Part shown: positions 9,753 through 19,456 of the stretch, piece by piece
Position numbering within the stretch: the stretch's first letter is position 1
How the letters are laid out: the number at the start of each line of letters is the position of its first letter
Assembly (NCBI GenBank): GCA_905067555.1
Contig: CAJHIS010000004.1
Coordinates: 1 to 46,806, forward strand
Source: Candidatus Argoarchaeum ethanivorans
GTDB taxonomy: Archaea > Halobacteriota > Methanosarcinia > Methanosarcinales > EX4572-44
Length of the DNA stretch: 46,806 nucleotides
Direction of reading: 5' to 3'
Position numbers and translations under genes: made by a program
The notes under the pieces: model-generated
Databases searched by the model: none
What the model saw: only the letters and a program-made list of their open reading frames with translations
What the model was told of the DNA's origin: nothing

Positions 9753-9758
9753 GTAACA

Positions 9759-9800
9759 GATTTTGTGATCTTTATCACAAATCCTGTAAATTTTTTACAT
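9759..9800. terminator. Hairpin plus T-rich tract between the convergent PEF-CTERM 3 and uppP genes
   Basis: TTTGTGAT-cttt-ATCACAAA stem followed by ATTTTTT. Confidence 0.4.
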
Positions 9801-9886
9801 GCAAAATGCTGCTCTTGCAATATGTGCAGCACAGCAACATAGATAAATGAACTCATTTTCACCAAGTTTCTGGTTTGGACAAAATT

Positions 9887-10681
9887 TCAGATAATCCACG
9901 GCAAGACTGCGACTCCAATGGTAATGAGCCCGAGGATGATGCAGAACTTTGAAAAATTCAAACGCTCTGAAAACCTTAAAAGAACATCTATCGCGGCGTA
10001 GCCAGCAAGAAATGAAACAGAGATCATCACAATAGCATTTTCTAAAGATACTACTGGTTGAGAAGAGGATGTAAGAAGACTTAATGCAACAGCCCCCAGT
10101 ACTGCAGGAACACTGATCAGGAATGAGACCTCCAGTGCAGCCCTTTGATTCAACTTCCTGAGCAGTAAGAAAGTTATGGTTGTCCCGGATCGGGAAACAC
10201 CAGGAAGGATTGATAAACCCTGTGCAAGCCCAAGGAATATCATATCGCGCATCTTCATATCTTCTATCTGCTTGTATTTATCGATCGTTGAGTCCGGAGC
10301 CCTCAGAAGAATTCCAGTAAGTATAAGCATCAGCCCTATAAGAAACATGATAATATCGCCCTGATTGAAGCTTTTTAGAAGAAAGAAAAGCGGGACCCCG
10401 GTTATCCCTGTCGCAAGCGTTGAAATGACGATTATCCTTAAGAGAGTTTGATCAGACTTCGAGTGCCGTCCAATGACATTAAGAAATTTGATTCTGAACT
10501 TCAGGATAACGGCGAGCATGGTTCCAAGGTGTAGAAAGATCGCAAGAGAAAGCGCATCTGCAGGGCTAAGTCTAAGAAACTCCACCATGAATAACATAGC
10601 CTGCCCTTCACTACTTATCGGAAGCCACTCCACGATGCCCTGTATCAAACCCAGCAGAACCGATTGAATTAGCTCCATCAT
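9887..10681 (-). CDS. uppP: Undecaprenyl-diphosphate phosphatase (BacA/UppP)
   Basis: QGIVEWLPISSEG, HLGT and AQGLSILPGVSRSGTT motifs. Confidence 0.93.
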   Translation of the reverse strand: MMELIQSVLLGLIQGIVEWLPISSEGQAMLFMVEFLRLSPADALSLAIFLHLGTMLAVILKFRIKFLNVIGRHSKSDQTLLRIIVISTLATGITGVPLFFLLKSFNQGDIIMFLIGLMLILTGILLRAPDSTIDKYKQIEDMKMRDMIFLGLAQGLSILPGVSRSGTTITFLLLRKLNQRAALEVSFLISVPAVLGAVALSLLTSSSQPVVSLENAIVMISVSFLAGYAAIDVLLRFSERLNFSKFCIILGLITIGVAVLPWII

Positions 10682-10898
10682 CTCACCTGAAAATATAGAA
10701 TCCTGACGTCGTATAACATGCCATCAACAGGATATTCTTTCATAAAGTTACCTTATTATAGAGGTACCAAAGGAGGATTTCAAGGCACATCATCGCGAAT
10801 ACTTTATTAATACCACCATTTTACTTATAAAGCCACTGCTGGATTAATGATCATGAGTAACACAAAAATTTATTAGCAAGAAGAGAATGTATATAGGT

Positions 10899-11116
10899 GT
10901 GCTTAAGAAGTTCAGATACCAGAGTATCTTCCAGACATTCAGAAAAGGACTCAGGAACGGTAACTGGCGCAAACTTGATTGATTGGAGAGAGCATTATAG
11001 CAACACTATGGTATGCACTGGTTCAGAGCGTTATAGTAAATGAGCTGGTTATGAGTAAACTATTCCTGCTTATGGATAAACTGACAGAGACTGTAGGAGA
11101 AACGAGTTCAAGATGA
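10899..11116 (+). pseudogene. Degraded small hypothetical gene
   Basis: GTG-start reading KKFRYQSIFQTFRKGLRNGNWRKLD*LERAL, then after a shift ATLWYA...IVNELV..KL. Has a stop and a frameshift; family recognised only loosely. Confidence 0.4.
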
Positions 11117-11196
11117 GGGAAACATGGATGAATACGCTTATAATTCAAACAACCCAATATTTTGCTGCATTACACACTTGAGAACCGAGGTATTTT

Positions 11197-11967
11197 ATGC
11201 TGGACTTCACACTTGATAAATATATAGAACTCTGTAAAACAATCATAGATTCTGGTTATACATCAGTGAGTGTTCGCACGTATTTGGAGGATCGACAAAA
11301 CAGATGTGTTGTTATCCGCCACGATGTGGACAGGAAACCTGAACATGCAATGAAAATGGCAGAGATAGAAAAGGAATTTGGGATAAACTCCACTTATTAC
11401 TTCAGAACCACAGCCAGTGTATTCAAGTCAGATATTATCATGGCGATAAATAACCTTGGACAGGAAATTGGCTATCATTATGAAGTGCTGGACAAAACGA
11501 AAGGTGATTTTGAAGAAGCAATAAAATTATTTGAAAATGAGCTGAAAGAATTCAGGAAAATGTGTGATGTTAAAACGATATGTATGCATGGAAATCCATT
11601 AAGCAAATGGGTGAATAAGGATTTGTGGAATGAATACGATTTTAGAGATTTTGGTATTATCGGTGAACCTTATTTGTCAATTGACTATGAAAAGGTCTTA
11701 TATCTCACAGATACCGGGCGGGGATGGAACAACACAAGGTATAGTGTGAAAGATACTGTGGATGCAGATTCTGTTTATCGTGTGAAATATACAGATGATG
11801 TTATCGATTTATTAAAAAATGAGACTCTGGGACAGATATGCATCTCCGCGCATCCAGAGCGATGGAGTGATAATTTTGGTAGTTGGTTGTGGGATATGGT
11901 ATGGCAGAATGTGAAAAATGTCGGTAAAGCAGGAATCGTAAAGTATAGAAAGAGTTTTCATGATTGA
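11197..11967 (+). CDS. Polysaccharide deacetylase-like (NodB-fold) protein
   Basis: VIRHDVD, STYYFR, EIGYHYE, CMHG, HPERW motifs. Confidence 0.75.
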   Translation: MLDFTLDKYIELCKTIIDSGYTSVSVRTYLEDRQNRCVVIRHDVDRKPEHAMKMAEIEKEFGINSTYYFRTTASVFKSDIIMAINNLGQEIGYHYEVLDKTKGDFEEAIKLFENELKEFRKMCDVKTICMHGNPLSKWVNKDLWNEYDFRDFGIIGEPYLSIDYEKVLYLTDTGRGWNNTRYSVKDTVDADSVYRVKYTDDVIDLLKNETLGQICISAHPERWSDNFGSWLWDMVWQNVKNVGKAGIVKYRKSFHD

Positions 11968-12049
11968 AATAACCGATTCCCCTGATATAAAACAGTGGGG
12001 TGAATTTATATATAACCACCCACATGGTAATATATTCCAGACAATATAG
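11960..12049 (+). pseudogene. Truncated 5' allele of the downstream FemAB-like gene (29 aa)
   Basis: MIEITDSPDIKQWGEFIYNHPHGNIFQT versus MIEITDSPNIKQWSEFVYNHPQGTIFQT at 12643; 14 mismatches in 84 nt. Confidence 0.9.
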
Positions 12050-12129
12050 ATGACACATAAAAGAACTAATGAGTCTTCAGTCACCTGTTGTCACAAAAAT
12101 GATGAAACTGTCACGGATTCTGTGAATGA

Positions 12130-12387
12130 ATGATTGAAAATGAGAAGGAAATAATTTTTCACCCATATGCTTTGTACAAGATGAATAAAAGGAACATAAG
12201 CAAGCAGGAAGTAATAAAGACGCTGAAAGAACCTCATTCAGGCATGGATGGTCAGTATGGAAGAAGAATATCGCAGAGAGTATATGGTCATCATGTGCTC
12301 AGGGTTATATTTGAAGAGTATGAAGACCATATATTGGTAATAACTGCATATCCAGCAAAAGCAGAACGGTATCTGGGAAGGATGTAA
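12130..12387 (+). CDS. DUF4258 (RelE-like) putative toxin
   Basis: FHPYALYKM.KRNIS...V...L, LRVIFEE...VITAY; paired with DUF2283. Confidence 0.8.
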   Translation: MIENEKEIIFHPYALYKMNKRNISKQEVIKTLKEPHSGMDGQYGRRISQRVYGHHVLRVIFEEYEDHILVITAYPAKAERYLGRM

Positions 12388-12389
12388 GT

Positions 12390-12605
12390 ATGGAAATAAA
12401 GTATTTAGAGGATATAGATATCCTGAATATAGAATTAGAGCGTGGAGAGTTTGAATACAGCAAGGAGGTTGCCGAAGGTGTAATTGTTGACATAGGCAAG
12501 GAAGGAGAGATACTTGGTATCGAGATAATAGATGCGAAGAGAAGATTAAAAGAAGATCCTGAAAACAAAATAGCGAAAAAATATGCGACGGGCATTCGCG
12601 TATGA
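12390..12605 (+). CDS. DUF2283 putative antitoxin
   Basis: MEIKY..DIDIL.I...EV.EGVIVD..KEG.ILGIEIIDA. Confidence 0.85.
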   Translation: MEIKYLEDIDILNIELERGEFEYSKEVAEGVIVDIGKEGEILGIEIIDAKRRLKEDPENKIAKKYATGIRV

Positions 12606-12642
12606 AATCTAAAAAACTTGAGCTACATGATGAGATTTTTCT

Positions 12643-13665
12643 ATGATTGAAATAACTGATTCTCCCAACATCAAACAATGGAGTGAGTTTGTATATAACC
12701 ATCCACAGGGAACTATATTCCAGACACCAGAGATGGCTGAGGTTTATAAACGAACAAAGAACTATGAGCCAATATCGCTGGCAGCTATTGATAGTAATAC
12801 TGGAGAGATACTTGCGGTTCTCCAGGCGGTAGTGATAAAAGAGATGGATGGTATACTGGGGTCGTTCTCTGCTAGGTCAGTAATTCAAGGCGGACCAATA
12901 TTTATTGAAGATGAAAATGGTATCAAAGTGCTTAAACTCTTGATGGAACATTATAATAAAGTAGCACAGAAAAAGGCACTTTATACGCAGATTCGGGATA
13001 TGTGGGATACATCGAGTATTACTGGTTTTTTTAATGGAACTGGTTATGAATACGAAGAGCGACTTAATTTTTTGATTGATTTGAACAGACCTGAGGAGGA
13101 AATATGGCGGGATATACACAAATCAAGAAGAAAGGGCATTAATAGATCAACCAATAAAGGAGTAGTTATAGAAGAACTCTGTGATAAGGAGCTCATCCCA
13201 ATTTTTTATGATATAGTGGACGAAACATATAAAAATGTGAAGGTACCAGTAGCAGATATCAGTCTAATGGAATCGGCTTTTGAATTATTATCGCCAAAGA
13301 TGGCTACATTTTATTTAGCAAGATGTGACGGCAAATATGTGGGGGCAAGAGCCGTCCTTAAATATAAAGAACTGATCTACGATTGGTACGCTGGTGCATC
13401 ATCAGATCACTTATCGCTATATGTGAATGAGGCTTTAGTCTGGCACATTCTGAAAGAGGGCGCAAATGGATTTGCTACATTTGATTTTGGTGGGGCAGGT
13501 AAACCAAACGAAGAATATGGTGTAAGGGAGTTTAAAAGGAGATTCGGTGGCAAAACAGTAAATTTTGGGCGATACAAAAAGGTGCATTCGCCTGCTAAGA
13601 TGAAGATTGCAGAGAAAGGGTTTGAAATGCATAAGAAGTTGCAGAAGATGCGTTCAAACCATTAA
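12643..13665 (+). CDS. FemAB/FemX-like GNAT-fold transferase
   Basis: IFQTPE, IDLN..EEEIW, FDFGGAG..YGVREFKRRFGG. Confidence 0.85.
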   Translation: MIEITDSPNIKQWSEFVYNHPQGTIFQTPEMAEVYKRTKNYEPISLAAIDSNTGEILAVLQAVVIKEMDGILGSFSARSVIQGGPIFIEDENGIKVLKLLMEHYNKVAQKKALYTQIRDMWDTSSITGFFNGTGYEYEERLNFLIDLNRPEEEIWRDIHKSRRKGINRSTNKGVVIEELCDKELIPIFYDIVDETYKNVKVPVADISLMESAFELLSPKMATFYLARCDGKYVGARAVLKYKELIYDWYAGASSDHLSLYVNEALVWHILKEGANGFATFDFGGAGKPNEEYGVREFKRRFGGKTVNFGRYKKVHSPAKMKIAEKGFEMHKKLQKMRSNH

Positions 13666-13680
13666 AAAAAATCTTATATC

Positions 13681-14472
13681 ATGATTTTGAGAGATACCAT
13701 GAAAGAAAAAAAATATTTTCCCGATTTTGCAAATTCAACACCAATGGGGCACTATATTACTAATAGAGAAGAGGAAATTATTAATTTATACTTGGGAAAT
13801 AACCATGATAATAAAATTTACTTAGACGTTGGGGGTGGTAGTGGTAGATTTTCAGTTCCTTTTTTTAAAAATGGAGCCGATATCATTTGTTTAGATTATA
13901 ATTTAACTCCTCTTCAAATTCTTCAAGAGAAAGAGAGTTCAATACCTTTGACAAGAGGTGATGGTCAAAAACTTCCTTTCAGAGAATCCGTTTTTGATGC
14001 CATATTGATTATCGAAGCAATAGAGTACATGACTGATAAAAATCTTTTTATTAAAGAGTGCCATAGGGTACTAAAAGATGAGGGATTGTTATTGATTACG
14101 ATTTTAAATAGAAATAGCTACAAAATTCTCCATCCAAATCGTCGAAAGCGTCCTTCATTTTATTTCACTACATGTCGAAGTTTTGAAATAAAATTGGAGA
14201 GGTTAGGTTTTGTTATAGAAAAATCTATTGGATTCAACTGGATACCTGCAAAAAGAGCATCCAATAGCAAGTTGATACCTTACGCAGATGCATCCGGCGA
14301 TATATGGGAAGTCGGGGACGCAAAAAGAGCATCCAATAGCAAGTTGATACCTTACTTTGCAGCTTTAGAAAGACTCTTTAGATTAGAATATTTACCTTAC
14401 ATAAGCCCCTGGGTTTTCATTATAGCTAAAAAATATAAACGTAGTGACGCTTTAAGTATTCTACAAAAGTAA
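13681..14472 (+). CDS. Class I SAM-dependent methyltransferase carrying a 24-aa in-frame insertion
   Basis: LDVGGGSGRF, GDGQKLPF..FD, E..RVLK..G motifs. Confidence 0.9.
   Translation: MILRDTMKEKKYFPDFANSTPMGHYITNREEEIINLYLGNNHDNKIYLDVGGGSGRFSVPFFKNGADIICLDYNLTPLQILQEKESSIPLTRGDGQKLPFRESVFDAILIIEAIEYMTDKNLFIKECHRVLKDEGLLLITILNRNSYKILHPNRRKRPSFYFTTCRSFEIKLERLGFVIEKSIGFNWIPAKRASNSKLIPYADASGDIWEVGDAKRASNSKLIPYFAALERLFRLEYLPYISPWVFIIAKKYKRSDALSILQK
14248..14355. repeat. Perfect 36-bp direct repeat (14248-14283, 14320-14355) flanking a unique 36-bp insert (14284-14319); single repeat-spacer-repeat unit
   Basis: GCAAAAAGAGCATCCAATAGCAAGTTGATACCTTAC occurs twice around GCAGATGCATCCGGCGATATATGGGAAGTCGGGGAC. 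Confidence 0.97.
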
Positions 14473-14495
14473 TTTAAAAAAGAGAGTATAGAAAA

Positions 14496-15671
14496 ATGAA
14501 ACCAATGCCAAATTTAATACCAAGATTTAATCTGGATTACACTTTTAAAGATTTTTGCTATGGGGTTAAATCGGCTTTTGCAAGTGGCGAATTTGATTTG
14601 AGCCCATTAAAATCTATATTTGGTGAAAAAACATTTTTGTTCACGAGCTATGGTAGAAACTCGTTGTATGTGATATTGAAAGCACTAAATCTACCAAAAG
14701 GTTCAAAAGTGGGGGTACCTTTGTATTCATGTACGGTTGTGTTCGATGCAATTGTTAAAGCTGGACATATCCCCTGTTTTGTTGAGATAGATGATAATTA
14801 CACGGTTGACCCCCACGATTTAAAGGAGAAAATTGAAGATTTAGAAGTGGTTGTTGTGATACACACGTTTGGACGACCCACAGACATGGATAAAATCAAG
14901 AAAATAGCAGGGGATAAACCTGTTATTGAAGATTGTGCTCATTCACTGTTAAGCGAATACAAAGGCATGAAAACAGGCACGTTAGGCGATGCTTCATTCT
15001 TTAGTTTGGCGAAATATATATCCGTTGGTGGTGGGGGGATGGTCATCGTGAACAACGATGGTCTGGCAGATAGACTCCAAAAAGAGATGGATTATTTGAA
15101 AAAGCCATCCGTCTTAAACAACATCAAACATTCATTTATCGTTTACATGCGGTCTCTTTTTTATCATAGGCCGTGGTTTGGTCTTTTTGCGCTTCCTATA
15201 GGGTTATCGATCGAGGATAAAGTAGATCTGATGACCAAAAGAAGCTTTGAAGTGGCGAGTATCAATAAGAATGATTTGAGTCTGATGCTAAAGAAAATAG
15301 TAGTTTTCAAAAGGAAAGTAGAAATACAAAGGAAAAACTCGTTTTTTTTAATCAATGAATTAAAAGACACTTCTCTGAGATTGCCATATGAAAGCAAAGA
15401 TACTTATTGTAATTACTATTTATTTCCAATTCGATTTGATAGCATGGAGGAAAGAGATTCAGTGAGTGATTATTTGAGGAACAGAGGTGTAGATACTTCT
15501 AAATTGTATAGCGGAACACCTTTAAAGAGTGAACAACATTATGGATATAAAAGGGATTGTCCAAATACTGAGAACATTGCAGATACCATACTGGTTGTAC
15601 CTAACCACTATACACTTGGGGAACGTGAGATAGTAAAAATAGCAGAACATGTGAAGGGAGTAGTTAAATGA
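14496..15671 (+). CDS. DegT/DnrJ/EryC1/StrS family PLP-dependent aminotransferase
   Basis: HTFGRP, IEDCAHS, FFSLAK, GGGG. Confidence 0.85.
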   Translation: MKPMPNLIPRFNLDYTFKDFCYGVKSAFASGEFDLSPLKSIFGEKTFLFTSYGRNSLYVILKALNLPKGSKVGVPLYSCTVVFDAIVKAGHIPCFVEIDDNYTVDPHDLKEKIEDLEVVVVIHTFGRPTDMDKIKKIAGDKPVIEDCAHSLLSEYKGMKTGTLGDASFFSLAKYISVGGGGMVIVNNDGLADRLQKEMDYLKKPSVLNNIKHSFIVYMRSLFYHRPWFGLFALPIGLSIEDKVDLMTKRSFEVASINKNDLSLMLKKIVVFKRKVEIQRKNSFFLINELKDTSLRLPYESKDTYCNYYLFPIRFDSMEERDSVSDYLRNRGVDTSKLYSGTPLKSEQHYGYKRDCPNTENIADTILVVPNHYTLGEREIVKIAEHVKGVVK

Positions 15672-16705
15672 GGATTTTGGTGGATGTAGGACATCCAACG
15701 GATGTGAACTTATTTAGGAATGTTATAGGGGAATTGACAAAGCGTGGCCACGTTATCAAAATAGCTGCAAGAGACAAAGAGAATGTCACAGAGGTTTTAG
15801 ATGGATACAATTTCGAGTATGACATGGGCAAGCACTACAAACACCTCCTCGCCAAAGCTTATGGTGAAATCATAAATGATATCTGGATATACAGAATCTC
15901 AAGAGAGTTTAAACCAGATATTTTTATAAGTTCTGGGTCTCCTTATTCAGCACAGGTTAGTAAAATATTTAGAAAACCACACATCGCTTTTACAAATACC
16001 GAACGAGCAAATTTAGCTATTCGGCTCATGCTGCCTTTTACTGATGTTGTCTGCACCCCATCCTGTTTTACAAGAGATCTGGGGCCAAAGCAAGTGAGAT
16101 TTAATGGGTACTATGAACTTGCTTATTTGCACCCAAACCATTTCACTCCAAATGTATCCACATTAGAAAGATTAAATATAGGTATGGATGATAAATATGT
16201 ACTGCTAAGATTTTCTTCATTGGAATCACATCATGACATCGGTGTAAAAGGATTTGACTTTGATTCAAGTGAGGATATGTTAGAATTCATAAAGAAAATT
16301 GAGGATTACGGACGTGTTTTCTTGACTTCAGAGATACCTTTAACTGAAGAACTCGAAAAATATCGGATAAACGTTCCTATAAAAGATTTTCACACTTTTG
16401 TTTCATATGCAACGATGTATATCGGAGAAGGAGCTAAAACCGCTTCAGAAGCGGCTATACTGGGCGTACCATCTATCTATGTATCAACATCGAGGCGTGG
16501 TTATCTCGATGAATTAGAAGAGACATATGATTTGGCCTATACGGTCACAAATCGAGAAGAAGCTCTCGAAAAAGCAATAGATCTCCTGAAAGATGAAAAT
16601 CTCAAGAGTAAATGGCAAGACAAGAAGGAAAAAATGTTAAATGAAAAGATAGACGCTGCAAAGTTTATGGTGGAGTTCATAGAAGAATATGCAAAAACAC
16701 CCTAA
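15668..16705 (+). CDS. DUF354 (GT-B fold) protein
   Basis: MRILVD..HP..V..F, GYYELAYLHP, SEAAILGVP. Confidence 0.85.
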   Translation: MRILVDVGHPTDVNLFRNVIGELTKRGHVIKIAARDKENVTEVLDGYNFEYDMGKHYKHLLAKAYGEIINDIWIYRISREFKPDIFISSGSPYSAQVSKIFRKPHIAFTNTERANLAIRLMLPFTDVVCTPSCFTRDLGPKQVRFNGYYELAYLHPNHFTPNVSTLERLNIGMDDKYVLLRFSSLESHHDIGVKGFDFDSSEDMLEFIKKIEDYGRVFLTSEIPLTEELEKYRINVPIKDFHTFVSYATMYIGEGAKTASEAAILGVPSIYVSTSRRGYLDELEETYDLAYTVTNREEALEKAIDLLKDENLKSKWQDKKEKMLNEKIDAAKFMVEFIEEYAKTP

Positions 16706-16747
16706 TTACTTAGCACATAATCTTCGAGCTTCGTGTAGGTATTAATT

Positions 16748-17629
16748 TTGAGTTACATTCTTGTTACGCCTGCGAGGAACGAAGAAAATAATCTGCCTAA
16801 ACTCATACAATCTGTAGTAGAGCAAACAATTAAACCTTTAGTATGGGTGATTGTGGATGATGGAAGTACTGACAATTCACATAGTATAATTAGAAACGCA
16901 CAGAAAATACATAAGTGGATTTATAGTATTAGATTAAAAGAAGGTCCCAGGGACTTGGGTAAACATGTTTATCACGTATATAATATTGGATTTAACATAG
17001 CAATTAATTATTGTACGATTCACAATATAAGCTTTGATTATATAGGTAATATAGATGCCGACATGATATTAGAAACAGAGTTTTTTGAAAAACTAATCAA
17101 GGAATTTGAAAAGAACCTAAGAGTAGGTATAGCCAGCGGCAGTGTATACTCCAACATTAGCAATAAATTATTTTTGGAGGAGAATCGCGAAGACTTGCCA
17201 ATGGGCAGCCTACGATTGTGGAGAAAAGAATGCTTTGAGGAAACAGGAGGATATCTTATCAGTTATTCCTCAGATTCGGTATCGAATGTGCTTGCAAAAT
17301 TGAAGGGTTGGGAGACGAGAAGTTTTGAGGGGATAAGAGCGGTGCAGACAAGAAGGACGAGCAGTGCAGAAGGGCTTTGGAATGGATATAAATATCATGG
17401 TAAATCCTGTTATTTCAGAAATTATCATCCTCTTTTCGTGTTAGCGAAAGGGATTAAATTAACATTTGAAAAGCCCAATTATACAGGAATTGCTTATCTG
17501 TATGGGTATTTATGTGCTGCTATAAAAAGGATGGATAAAATAGACGATAAAGAGGTTGGAGATTACTATTACCATCAAAAATATAAAGAAGTAGTAGAAT
17601 ATTATAAGAATAAACTGAGAAAAAAATAG
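16748..17629 (+). CDS. Glycosyltransferase family 2
   Basis: VTPARNEE, VDDGSTD, DAD. Confidence 0.92.
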   Translation: MSYILVTPARNEENNLPKLIQSVVEQTIKPLVWVIVDDGSTDNSHSIIRNAQKIHKWIYSIRLKEGPRDLGKHVYHVYNIGFNIAINYCTIHNISFDYIGNIDADMILETEFFEKLIKEFEKNLRVGIASGSVYSNISNKLFLEENREDLPMGSLRLWRKECFEETGGYLISYSSDSVSNVLAKLKGWETRSFEGIRAVQTRRTSSAEGLWNGYKYHGKSCYFRNYHPLFVLAKGIKLTFEKPNYTGIAYLYGYLCAAIKRMDKIDDKEVGDYYYHQKYKEVVEYYKNKLRKK

Positions 17630-17645
17630 GATAGGTGATAGATAT

Positions 17646-18341
17646 ATGAAGAGAATATGGCAAATTATTGACGAAATGGTTTGGAAATATAGTGCATATG
17701 TGCCTTTTTATCTTACGAATACGATATTGAGAAGTTTGAATAAAGGATCAGAAAACATCTTGGAGTTAGCCTGTGGACGGGGCGAAACTATGAAAATCCT
17801 GCAATCCAATAAGCATAAGTTTTATAGCGTAGGTGCGGACATCTTTGAGTCCGATCTAAAAGAAGCAAAAAGAAATAAAACTCACGATGAGTATGTTTTA
17901 TGCGATGTTAGGAAACTACCTTTTAAGGAGAATAGTTTTGATATAGTTTTATGCATGGAGTTGATAGAACATTTCGAGAGGGAGAATGGTATGAAATTGA
18001 TCGAAGAAATGGAGAAAATTGCTAAAAAGCAGGTGATTATTACTACCCCTGTAGGCTTTTTACAACAGGATCCATGCGATGGAAATCCCCATCAAGAACA
18101 TAAGTCGGGCTACTATCCCTTCGAGTTTAAGAAAGTGGGTTATAATGTAAGTGGCTTTGGAGTTAAGATAAGTTGGTGGTTAACACCCTCTCATTCATAC
18201 CTCAAAAAGATAATTAAAAGGGTTCTAAGAGTCATATTCAGTCCATTTAGTTACTACTTCCCTAATTTGGGAGAACGTATGATCTGCATCAAGAATATAG
18301 ATGCTTCTTCTGATGAAAAATTTAGTAGTGCATCTTTATGA
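17646..18341 (+). CDS. Class I SAM-dependent methyltransferase
   Basis: ILELACGRG, DVRKLPFKENSFDIV, IEH, TTP. Confidence 0.9.
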   Translation: MKRIWQIIDEMVWKYSAYVPFYLTNTILRSLNKGSENILELACGRGETMKILQSNKHKFYSVGADIFESDLKEAKRNKTHDEYVLCDVRKLPFKENSFDIVLCMELIEHFERENGMKLIEEMEKIAKKQVIITTPVGFLQQDPCDGNPHQEHKSGYYPFEFKKVGYNVSGFGVKISWWLTPSHSYLKKIIKRVLRVIFSPFSYYFPNLGERMICIKNIDASSDEKFSSASL

Positions 18342-19456
18342 AGATTGCTTTTATCCATCCAGCTCTTATGGATTATAGATTGGAACTTTTTGATAAATTA
18401 AATGAAACACACGATATAACATTCATCTTTACTCAACAAAGTCGAGGCCAAGATAATGCTAAGGAAAAACATTTGGAGAAAATCCCACAGAAATGGAACC
18501 ACAAAATACTAAAAAGTGATAAATTACTGGTGAGAGGGCGGTCCATTATTATGTATCTGAGATTAATAAGAGAATTATCTAAGAGAAATTATGATATTGT
18601 TTTAACATCAACTTCCCGGTATATTTGCTTCCCAATAGCAAAAATCACAGGAAAAAAGTTTATATTTTGGACAGAATTTTGGTCTCTGCCCTCCAACTCT
18701 TTTATTAAAAGATTGCTGAATATCTCTACAAGATTTATTGCAAAACATTCTGACGCTGTTATTGCTACGGGAACTAAAGCTTATAAGACGTATCTAAAAC
18801 TTGGTGTACCAGTTGAGAAGATCTTTACGTGCCCTCAGTGTGCGATTGACTATAGTAGAACACCAACCAAAGACCTGAGAGAAGAATTGGGGTTAGAAGA
18901 TAAAAAAATTATTTTATTCGTTGGTCGAATCGTTCGGATGAAAGGCTTGGACTACTTAATTAAATCCTTCGCACTACTCGAGAATATAATGGATAATGTT
19001 GTACTTGTAGTTGTTGGTGATGGACCATATAGAAAAGAATGTGAATATTTAGCTAAAGAATTAGGTGATGAAAATATTATCTTTTCTGGCTTCCAAGATA
19101 AAATGAGAGCATCTTACTATAAAACTTGTGATGTTTTTGTTTTGCCTTCAATTCTCTTTGGGGATGAATACGAAGCTTGGGGCTTAGTAATAAATGAAGC
19201 TATGGCTTTTGGTAAGCCTATTATCACTACTGATGCCGTTGGCGCCGCGGATGATTTAGTAAAAGAGGGTTATAATGGCTACGCAGTCAAAAATAAGAGC
19301 GTTGAAGAATTGCATGAAACATTGTATAAAATTATTTCAAATCCTGGATTAGCAAAGATGATGGGAGAAAATTCAAGAAGAATATTTGAAGAAATAAACG
19401 ATTATGAGAACATGTTTGGAATATTTAGAGATGCAATAAATTATGTACAGAAATAA
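18338..19456 (+). CDS. Glycosyltransferase family 4
   Basis: FVGRI..KG, EAWGLVINEAMAFGKP. Confidence 0.92.
   Translation: MKIAFIHPALMDYRLELFDKLNETHDITFIFTQQSRGQDNAKEKHLEKIPQKWNHKILKSDKLLVRGRSIIMYLRLIRELSKRNYDIVLTSTSRYICFPIAKITGKKFIFWTEFWSLPSNSFIKRLLNISTRFIAKHSDAVIATGTKAYKTYLKLGVPVEKIFTCPQCAIDYSRTPTKDLREELGLEDKKIILFVGRIVRMKGLDYLIKSFALLENIMDNVVLVVVGDGPYRKECEYLAKELGDENIIFSGFQDKMRASYYKTCDVFVLPSILFGDEYEAWGLVINEAMAFGKPIITTDAVGAADDLVKEGYNGYAVKNKSVEELHETLYKIISNPGLAKMMGENSRRIFEEINDYENMFGIFRDAINYVQK

Noticed and set aside
14248-14355. Calling this a bona fide CRISPR array
   Set aside because: Only two repeats, the repeat is coding sequence, and there is no leader or cas gene in the window. Reported as a repeat and a hypothesis instead.
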